DNA of 64,000 nt from an uncultured Pelagibacteraceae bacterium (GTDB lineage Bacteria; Pseudomonadota; Alphaproteobacteria; Pelagibacterales; Pelagibacteraceae), in NCBI GenBank assembly GCA_902616725.1, contig CACMTZ010000002.1, positions 126,811 to 190,810 of the forward strand. The letters run 5' to 3'. The notes under the pieces were generated by a model. The model was not told the origin of the DNA and ran no database searches. It was given only the letters and a program-made list of their open reading frames with translations. The translations under genes and the position numbers were made by a program. Positions 57,491 through 64,000 of the stretch are shown here, piece by piece; position 1 is the first letter of the stretch, and each line of letters begins with the position of its first letter.

Positions 57491-57521
57491 TTAAGGCCAC
57501 TCAAATTTTAAGTGGCCTTAA
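57491..57521 (-). terminator. intercistronic GC-rich stem-loop between dctP and dctQ (attenuator / 3'-end stabiliser)
   Basis: Perfect 11-bp stem TTAAGGCCACT / AGTGGCCTTAA with a 9-nt loop. It begins 14 nt after the dctP stop and ends 6 nt before the dctQ ATG. It is one of the very few GC-rich hairpins in the window. Confidence 0.6.
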
Positions 57522-57535
57522 TTTTAAGAATTGAA

Positions 57536-58507
57536 TTATTTATAACTTGATAAAACAGCAGCTCCTCTTGAACCAGCTTTTTGAGACCATTCCTTAGCCA
57601 TAGTCTCTCCAACTTTTTCAAAATGAGCTTGTAGTGGTGCATTTACTTTACCGACTACCATACCTGCATCAGCTAAAGCTTTTTTGTCACCAACGTTACC
57701 TTGTTTTGATAATTGCCAACCTTTTCTTTCAGCTAAAGCTGCTTGTTTCATAACAAGATCTTTAGTTGCTTGATCTAATTTATTCCAAGCATCTTTGTTC
57801 ACAATTATCATGTTTTTTGGAAACCAAGCTGCAATATCATAAAAATATTTCACACCATTTTCCCAAATTTTTGAGTTTTTACCTGTAGTAGGTGATGTGA
57901 TCATACTTTCTACTGCACCTGTAGAAAACGCCTGACTAATTTCAGCAGCCTCTATTTTTGTAGGAGCCATTCCTGTTAGCTCGGCTATTCTGATGGTAGC
58001 AGAATTATAAGCTCTAAATTTAAGACCCTTTAAATCTTCAACAGAGTTAATTTCCTTTTTACTATACAAGCCTTGCGCTGGCCAAGGTACAGCATAAAGA
58101 AATACTAAGCCTTTCTCGTCTAATCCTTTTACGATTTCGTCTTTTGACGCTTTATATAACTTCATTGCATCAGAGTAAGACGTTGCTAAGAAGGGTTGAG
58201 AGTCTACTTCTAAAAGTGGATCCTCTTTTCCTAAAGCTGACATAAATCTCTCACCAATTTGAGCTTGACCTGTTCTTACTGCTCTAAAAATTTCTCCACC
58301 TTTAAACAACGAACCACCAGGGTGTGTTACAATTGTTAACTTGCCACCACTTTTTTCAGTAACATTTTTTGCGAATTCAGCTGCATTTGCAGAATGAAAG
58401 TTCCCCGCCCCATAAGCTAGAGCCATGTCCCATTTCTCTGCAATTGCAAGATTAATTGACAAAATTAATGAAACTAAAATAGTTGATAAATATTTTAAGA
58501 ATTTCAT
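57536..58507 (-). CDS. dctP: TRAP transporter substrate-binding protein (DctP family)
   Basis: 323 aa with a signal peptide (LVSLILSINLAIAEK) and a DctP-type periplasmic domain. The ligand is not inferable. Confidence 0.88.
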   Translation of the reverse strand: MKFLKYLSTILVSLILSINLAIAEKWDMALAYGAGNFHSANAAEFAKNVTEKSGGKLTIVTHPGGSLFKGGEIFRAVRTGQAQIGERFMSALGKEDPLLEVDSQPFLATSYSDAMKLYKASKDEIVKGLDEKGLVFLYAVPWPAQGLYSKKEINSVEDLKGLKFRAYNSATIRIAELTGMAPTKIEAAEISQAFSTGAVESMITSPTTGKNSKIWENGVKYFYDIAAWFPKNMIIVNKDAWNKLDQATKDLVMKQAALAERKGWQLSKQGNVGDKKALADAGMVVGKVNAPLQAHFEKVGETMAKEWSQKAGSRGAAVLSSYK

Positions 58508-58620
58508 TTGTCCTCCATTTTTATTAAGACTATTTCATTATGTATTAAAATAATTATCAATAAAAAAATAATACTACTTTTAATTGAATTATTTTAAATA
58601 TTTTATACTATGCTTTTACT

Positions 58621-59232
58621 TTGTTAGAAGAAGCACTCATATTAGTTCAGATTATTTTTATCGATATAATCTTGGCAGCAGATAATGCAATTATCATTGG
58701 TTTGATCGCTGCAAACTTTGCACCGAAACATAGAAGACAAATTATTTTGTGGGGAGTGGCTGGTGCTTTAATATTTAAAGTTATTTTTGCGTTATTTGCA
58801 ACTTACTTGTTTAAATTTTATTTTATTAAAATTTTAGGTGGTTTACTTTTAATCTGGATCGTTAATGATTTAAGAAAAGATCTTTTTGAAATAAAGAAAG
58901 TAAAATCGCCAACAAAAAAATCTAAAGAACCATCTTATATTCAAAGTGTTTATAAAGTTTTATTTGCGGATATTACAATCAGTTTTGATAATGTGATAGG
59001 TGTAGTTGGAGCTGCCAAAGGCAATTTTGGATTTATGATATTTGGACTGGTTTTATCAGTAATTTTAACAGGAGCAATGGCAACATATCTTGCAAGTTAT
59101 ATTCAAAAACATTTATGGATTGCCTATGTTGGTTTAGGTTTTATTCTTTTAGTAGCTCTTCAATTAGTAATTGGAGGTTTAGTGGACTTAGAAATTTTAT
59201 CAATCAATGAACAATTTAAAAAATATTTTTAA
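58621..59232 (+). CDS. TerC/YjbE-family integral membrane protein
   Basis: 203 aa with a TTG start and duplicated DNA(I/V) motifs (ILAADNAIIIG; ISFDNVIGVVG). Confidence 0.75.
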   Translation: MLEEALILVQIIFIDIILAADNAIIIGLIAANFAPKHRRQIILWGVAGALIFKVIFALFATYLFKFYFIKILGGLLLIWIVNDLRKDLFEIKKVKSPTKKSKEPSYIQSVYKVLFADITISFDNVIGVVGAAKGNFGFMIFGLVLSVILTGAMATYLASYIQKHLWIAYVGLGFILLVALQLVIGGLVDLEILSINEQFKKYF

Positions 59233-60002
59233 TACGAGTGTCTTTTAGTTGGATATTTCTTAGATCTCACCTCTGAAGCATATTTTCTTAATCCAGTATT
59301 GATATATTTTTTTACGTTTAAAAATTGTTTAACAAATTTTATTTTTGTTTGATTTAAACCAATTAAGTCATCTGTAACAAGAACCTGACCATCGCAATGA
59401 ACAGATGAACCAATTCCAATTGTTGGAATATTTAAATTTTTTGTAATTTGTTTTGCTATTGGTGTTTTTATACACTCCAGGACAATTGCAAAAACTCCAT
59501 TATTTTGAAGTAATAAAGCATCATTAATCAATTGATTGATCTCTTTAGTGGTCTTTCCTTTAGATTTAAATTTGCCTTTGGTCGATTGGGGTAATAATCC
59601 AAGATGTCCCATTACAGGAACCTTGTTTTTGGTTAATAGTTTAATTTGATGGATTATTTTTTTTCCACCTTCTAACTTCACTGCATCACATTTGGTTTCC
59701 TTAATTATTTTTTTAGCATTCTTTAGAGCAGCGTTTGGTGTTGAATAAGTGTTAAATGGCATATCAACAACCATTAAACTTTTTTTTACTCCAAGTCTTA
59801 CACTCTTAGAATGATTGATCATTTCTGTTAGAGTAACTTTTCTGGTAGTTGAATAATTGTACAATACTGAACCTAGCGAATCTCCCACTAATACAATATC
59901 AACATATTTATCTACCTCTTCTGCAATATTTTTTGAATACGCGGTAAGACAAACAATTTTAGATTTATTTTTTTTATTTATAATTTTTTTTATTTTTTTC
60001 AT
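59229..60002 (-). CDS. panB: 3-methyl-2-oxobutanoate hydroxymethyltransferase
   Basis: 257 aa with LTAYS…VGDSLG, VVDMPF, VKLEGG and GHLGLLPQS. Confidence 0.93.
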   Translation of the reverse strand: MKKIKKIINKKNKSKIVCLTAYSKNIAEEVDKYVDIVLVGDSLGSVLYNYSTTRKVTLTEMINHSKSVRLGVKKSLMVVDMPFNTYSTPNAALKNAKKIIKETKCDAVKLEGGKKIIHQIKLLTKNKVPVMGHLGLLPQSTKGKFKSKGKTTKEINQLINDALLLQNNGVFAIVLECIKTPIAKQITKNLNIPTIGIGSSVHCDGQVLVTDDLIGLNQTKIKFVKQFLNVKKYINTGLRKYASEVRSKKYPTKRHSY

Positions 60003-61561
60003 TCAAGCTCAATGGTGCTCGGCGGTTTAGAAGTAACATCATAAACTACTCTATTTACTCCTCTTATGCTATTTACAATTTTATTTGAAATCATTTGAAT
60101 AAATGATTTTTTGAAGTCATAAAAATCAGCTGTCATTCCATCCTCAGATGTAATTGCTCTTAATAAACACAAATATTCATAAGTTCGATTATCACCCATG
60201 ACACCTACTGTTTTGACTGGAAGCAATGCAGCATAGGCTTGCCAAATTTTATTATATAAATTGTGCTCTCTTAAAGCTTGAATAAAATAATTGTCAGCTT
60301 CTTTTAGAATTTTGATTTTTTCTTTAGTAATAATGCCAGGCATTCTGATCGCTAATCCAGGTCCTGGAAACGGATGTCTTGAAATAATTTCTTTACTAAG
60401 TTTTAATTCTAATCCTAATTTTCGAACCTCATCTTTAAATAAAAATTTCAATGGTTCTACCAATTTAAGTTTCATTTTCTTTGGTAAACCACCTACATTA
60501 TGATGAGATTTGATCTTTGAGGTTTGGCTTCCTGTCACTGACTTACTTTCAATAAGATCTGGATAGAGCGTTCCTTGCGCTAAAAATTTTACATTTTTTA
60601 TTCTTTTAGCGTATCTTTCAAAAATTTTGATAAATAAATTTCCAATTATTTTTCTTTTTTTCTCTGGGTCAGAAACATTGCTGAGCTTTTTCAAAAATTC
60701 ATTCTCTGCATTCACATAAATCAGATTTATTTTTAATTTTTTTTTAAAAGTTTTAACTACTTGTATTTCCTCATTTTTTCTAAGAAGACCCGTGTTAACG
60801 AAGATACAAAATAATTTTTTACCAATTGCTTTATTCAATAACTGAGCGACAACACTGCTATCAACTCCACCCGATAATGCACATATTACTTTATTTTTAC
60901 CGACTAAATTTTGAACATCTTTAATCAATTTAATCTTTTGATCTTTTGATGACCAATTTCTTTTAATTTTACATATCAAAAATATAAAATTGTTTATTAA
61001 TTTTTTCCCATTTTCTGTGTGGGTAACTTCAGGATGAAACTGGACACCATAAAATTTTTTTTTCTTATTTTCAATAATGGCAAATTTTGAGTTTTGACTT
61101 GAGGCAATAACATTAAAATTTTTAGGAAGTTTAGAAACTTGGTCAGCGTGACTCATCCAAACTTTATTAATATTTTTTTTATTAAAGAAGTTTTTTGTCA
61201 AAATACTTTCCCTCTTTTTCCGAATATTTGCTAATCCAAACTCTCTATATTTTGATTGTTTAACTCTGCCACCATTAAGTTTTGATAAAATTTGATGACC
61301 AAAACAAATACCTAAGACTGGTATTTGATTTTCGATAATCCTTTTATCAAAAGAATATTTATTAATTTGGTAAACATTTAATGGTCCGCCTGATAAAATT
61401 ATTCCTTTAATTGAATTATCAATATTTTTATTTTTAACCTTTTTATGACTAATAATTTCGGAATAAACTCCTGACTCTCTTATTCGTCTGGCTATTAACT
61501 GAGTAAATTGTGAACCAAAATCTATTATTAAGATTTTGTTCAAATTCTTATCAAGACTCAT
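59999..61561 (-). CDS. guaA: GMP synthase (glutamine-hydrolysing)
   Basis: 520 aa with the GATase GICFGHQ, the PP-loop SGGVDSSV and the C-terminal PPSTIELE. Confidence 0.96.
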   Translation of the reverse strand: MSLDKNLNKILIIDFGSQFTQLIARRIRESGVYSEIISHKKVKNKNIDNSIKGIILSGGPLNVYQINKYSFDKRIIENQIPVLGICFGHQILSKLNGGRVKQSKYREFGLANIRKKRESILTKNFFNKKNINKVWMSHADQVSKLPKNFNVIASSQNSKFAIIENKKKKFYGVQFHPEVTHTENGKKLINNFIFLICKIKRNWSSKDQKIKLIKDVQNLVGKNKVICALSGGVDSSVVAQLLNKAIGKKLFCIFVNTGLLRKNEEIQVVKTFKKKLKINLIYVNAENEFLKKLSNVSDPEKKRKIIGNLFIKIFERYAKRIKNVKFLAQGTLYPDLIESKSVTGSQTSKIKSHHNVGGLPKKMKLKLVEPLKFLFKDEVRKLGLELKLSKEIISRHPFPGPGLAIRMPGIITKEKIKILKEADNYFIQALREHNLYNKIWQAYAALLPVKTVGVMGDNRTYEYLCLLRAITSEDGMTADFYDFKKSFIQMISNKIVNSIRGVNRVVYDVTSKPPSTIELE

Positions 61562-61991
61562 TTTTTTTGGGCTCTATATTTGCAAGGGTGTCTAAAATTT
61601 CTTTATTTTCATTACAGAGTTTTTTGCAAACCTTAGAAAAAGTATTAGATAAATCTTTTACTTTTGAATAATTAGATCTCTCTAAAGCTATTTTCATAGA
61701 CATTAATATTGCTTCCTCGTTATTAGGTTCAATTAATAATGTTGCTTCCAAATTTTTTTCTTCTTTATCTTGATCTTCTTGAATGTTGTAAATTTTTGCT
61801 AAATAAAGATAAGAATTTGAGTCTTTAGGATTAAATACTATTCCTCTTTCAAACATAAACCTTGCATCCTCATATTTTTTATCTTTGAATAATTTTAAAC
61901 CTTTATTAAAAAAATTTTCATCCGCTATAGCAATACTCATGCAATTGATTATTAAATATAATAAAGAAATTAATTTAAATATTTTTGTCAT
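61551..61991 (-). CDS. small exported TPR-repeat protein
   Basis: 146 aa with a signal peptide ([17 protein letters not shown]), TPR-like helices and a C-terminal CKKLC pair. It is wedged between guaB and guaA with overlaps at both ends. Confidence 0.6.
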   Translation of the reverse strand: MTKIFKLISLLYLIINCMSIAIADENFFNKGLKLFKDKKYEDARFMFERGIVFNPKDSNSYLYLAKIYNIQEDQDKEEKNLEATLLIEPNNEEAILMSMKIALERSNYSKVKDLSNTFSKVCKKLCNENKEILDTLANIEPKKNES

Positions 61992-63067
61992 CAGTATTTA
62001 CTATCACTTTTAACGATATCGACATTATGAACCATACTTTCATAAAATCCAGCTTTTGTAATTTTAACAAATTGTGGTTTATATCTTAAATATTTTATCT
62101 GTTTGGAACCAAGATAACCCATAGATGATCTTAATCCACCAACTAATTTAAAAACAACTTTATCAACTTTACCTTTGTATTTTGCTAATCCTTCTACTCC
62201 CTCGGGCACATACTTTGAACTGTCTTTTTGTTTTTTTTGAAAATATCGATCTGCCGAGCCTTTGTTCATCGCTCCTACAGAGCCCATGCCTCTAAAACTT
62301 TTAAATAGTTTACCATTTTTTTTTATGAGTTTACCTGGCGTTTCATCAGTTCCTGCAAACAATGAACCTATCATGACTGCATCAGCGCCAGCAGCAAAAG
62401 CTTTAGCGAGGTCACCTGAGTATTTTATCCCTCCATCAGAAATAATTTTTACATTTTTATTCTTTATGCCGTTTCTCACATTTAATATTGCGCTTAATTG
62501 AGGAACTCCAATACCCGCGACCAACCTAGTTGTACAGATAGAACCAGGACCAATCCCAACCTTAATTATATCAACGCCTAATTTAAGTAAAAATTTAGCT
62601 GCATCTGGTGTTGCTATATTTCCAGCACAGAGAGCTGTTTTTTTATTTTTAATTTTTTTGATAAATCTAATTATTTCGGAAACTTTTTTGGTGTGTCCGT
62701 GAGCAGTGTCCACAACAATCATATCCAATTTTTCTTTTAAAAGTGCCTCAGCTCTTTTGAACTCGTTGGGTCCTGCTCCCACAGCTGCACCTACGAGTAA
62801 TTTTTGTTTTTTTACTTTCTTAACTTCGAGAACTTGTTTTTTGATATCTAAATTTCTGTGGATTATTCCTAGTCCACCAGATTTTGCAATAGCAATAGCC
62901 ATTTTGCTTTCGGTTACGGTATCCATTGCTGATGATAAAAGTGGGATTTTAAGTTTTAATGAGTCTGTTAATTTTATACTCGTATCAACCTCTGAGGGTA
63001 ATATTTCAGAGTACTTAGGAACTAAAGTAACGTCGTCAAAGGTAAGTGCTTCTTTTATAGGAACCAT
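61991..63067 (-). CDS. guaB: IMP dehydrogenase lacking the CBS/Bateman subdomain
   Basis: 358 aa with [30 protein letters not shown] (catalytic Cys), the flap RYFQ…YVPEGVEG, and [11 protein letters not shown]. The sequence runs straight from …VKKVKKQK to [10 protein letters not shown], where about 120 aa of CBS repeats normally sit. Confidence 0.85.
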   Translation of the reverse strand: MVPIKEALTFDDVTLVPKYSEILPSEVDTSIKLTDSLKLKIPLLSSAMDTVTESKMAIAIAKSGGLGIIHRNLDIKKQVLEVKKVKKQKLLVGAAVGAGPNEFKRAEALLKEKLDMIVVDTAHGHTKKVSEIIRFIKKIKNKKTALCAGNIATPDAAKFLLKLGVDIIKVGIGPGSICTTRLVAGIGVPQLSAILNVRNGIKNKNVKIISDGGIKYSGDLAKAFAAGADAVMIGSLFAGTDETPGKLIKKNGKLFKSFRGMGSVGAMNKGSADRYFQKKQKDSSKYVPEGVEGLAKYKGKVDKVVFKLVGGLRSSMGYLGSKQIKYLRYKPQFVKITKAGFYESMVHNVDIVKSDSKY

Positions 63068-63104
63068 AATCTTTTATATATGATTCCTTTTAAATTAAAA
63101 GTGT

Positions 63105-63716
63105 CTATCTCAGATTTTTACAAATAATAAAACTCTCTTTAGAGTCTTTACGACTCGACTTGGGTTTGAAAACCTTTACTTCTTTAAAAATTTTTTTTCC
63201 TAGTGCGACAATTTCATTAAAAGATCTGCCCATAAATATTTTAGCAATAAAAATACCCTTTTCAGATATTACATCTTTTGAAAATACCATCGCCTCTTTA
63301 CACAACTCTCCTGTTTGAATTGCATCAACATCTTTTATTCCAGTCGTATTTACTGCCATATCAGACATAACCACATCAATTGGATTGTTGAGATTTTTTT
63401 TTATCTTCTCTTGAATATTGGGCTCTGTGAAATCACCTTCAATTTGAATAGTGTTTTTAATTTTTTCCATTTTTTTTAGATCTATCGAGATAATTGTTCC
63501 ATTTTTTACAACCTTTGAAGCATATTGTGACCAACTTCCTGGTGCAGCACCAACATCTATTACAGAAATTCCACCCTTAAAAACTTTAAACTTTTCATCA
63601 ATTTCAATTAATTTATATGCAGATCTAGCTCTATAACCATCCACTTTAGATTGACGAACATAAGTATCTCTTCTTTGTTTATTAATCCAATTTTTTGAAA
63701 TTTTATTTTTTTTCAA
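63105..63716 (-). CDS. rlmE: 23S rRNA (uridine2552-2'-O)-methyltransferase
   Basis: 203 aa with YRARSAYKLIEID, DVGAAPGSWSQ and MSDMAVNTTG. Confidence 0.93.
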   Translation of the reverse strand: MKKNKISKNWINKQRRDTYVRQSKVDGYRARSAYKLIEIDEKFKVFKGGISVIDVGAAPGSWSQYASKVVKNGTIISIDLKKMEKIKNTIQIEGDFTEPNIQEKIKKNLNNPIDVVMSDMAVNTTGIKDVDAIQTGELCKEAMVFSKDVISEKGIFIAKIFMGRSFNEIVALGKKIFKEVKVFKPKSSRKDSKESFIICKNLR

Positions 63717-64000
63717 CTAAATATCAAATCTTAAACTTTTATTAATCTTTTTATTATCTAAAGTTTCTAATTCTATCTTTATACTTTTATCTACCCTCAT
63801 ATCTTTACCATCTTTCCATATTCCAGCTGCAAGGTGCATTATACCTATTTTGTAATTGGGAAGATAAGGTTCTACAAATGTTTTTTGATTTTCATCATAT
63901 TTAGGTAAAAGATTGCTAGTGATCCAATTACAATTTAAAGGTAAAAATTCTGTTTCAAGATCGTCAATATAGACTGACATATTAATCGCTAATCCTTCAG
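63717..64000 (-). CDS. 3' part of an ORF of unknown function that is open to the window edge
   Basis: The frame stays open upstream of the first Met (63980) to position 64000 (…EGLAINMSVYIDD…), so the true start may lie outside the window. It abuts the rlmE start. No motif recognised. Confidence 0.35.
   Translation of the reverse strand, partial: EGLAINMSVYIDDLETEFLPLNCNWITSNLLPKYDENQKTFVEPYLPNYKIGIMHLAAGIWKDGKDMRVDKSIKIELETLDNKKINKSLRFDI

Noticed and set aside
58508-58620. Possible yybP-ykoY (Mn2+) riboswitch upstream of the TerC-family gene
   Set aside because: The 113-bp gap is almost pure A/T, with no GC-paired helices or conserved riboswitch cores visible.
1-64000. Mobile elements, CRISPR arrays, prophage or defence islands, and tRNA/rRNA genes
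   Set aside because: No direct-repeat arrays and no transposase, integrase or phage-like ORFs are present. No non-coding gap is large or GC-rich enough for a structured RNA other than the riboswitch. The whole window reads as core chromosome.

Overview
The window is a very AT-rich, extremely gene-dense stretch of chromosome. By eye it is about 30% G+C (not computed). Nearly every gene has a clear alphaproteobacterial housekeeping identity. The compaction, the gene order and a tandem glycine riboswitch in front of gcvTHP all look like a SAR11 / Candidatus Pelagibacter-type genome; this is an inference, since no search was possible.

I support about 70 protein-coding genes. In window order they are:
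- thiS-thiG, aroQ-accB-accC, and an NDUFA12-like/DUF2155 pair
- a standalone protein resembling the C-terminal (TSCPD) region of class II ribonucleotide reductase
- aspS, an hda-like gene, purM-purN, ndk and pepA
- the envelope cluster lptF-lptG-lptD-surA-pdxA-rsmA
- gmk, acpP-fabG-fabD, rpsF-rpsR-rplI and dnaB
- an RND/MMPL-type exporter, cvpA-purF and an HD-domain protein
- gshA-gshB plus a DMT transporter, an MFS transporter, and a Lys/Glu-rich coiled-coil protein
- a DMT transporter plus a glycine-amidinotransferase-like enzyme
- a SufU-like protein, an HPP protein and NAD-dependent formate dehydrogenase
- an exported MsrA, SelO, and TspO plus a DAO-type flavoprotein
- a lipid-modification cluster: SDR, DUF3833, CFA-synthase-like methyltransferase, DUF1365 and flavin amine oxidase
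- gcvT-gcvH-gcvP, pxpA/pxpB/pxpC plus a DMT transporter, and a TRAP transporter
- a TerC-family protein, panB, guaA, a Bateman-less guaB and rlmE

RNA and regulatory elements I can support are the tandem glycine riboswitch and two strong stem-loops. I saw no rRNA, tRNA, CRISPR array, IS element, integrase or prophage signature, and no non-coding gap is longer than about 190 bp.

The most interesting candidates, in order:
1. The TspO-linked lipid-modification cluster at 41.3-47.4 kb. It may be a furan-fatty-acid / singlet-oxygen defence system, and it lies 6 bp downstream of the riboswitch-controlled gcv operon.
2. The DMT transporter plus AGAT-like amidinotransferase operon.
3. The orphan RNR-C-terminal-like protein.
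4. The IMP dehydrogenase that lacks its CBS/Bateman module.

All family assignments come from motif recognition by eye and need HMM or BLAST confirmation.
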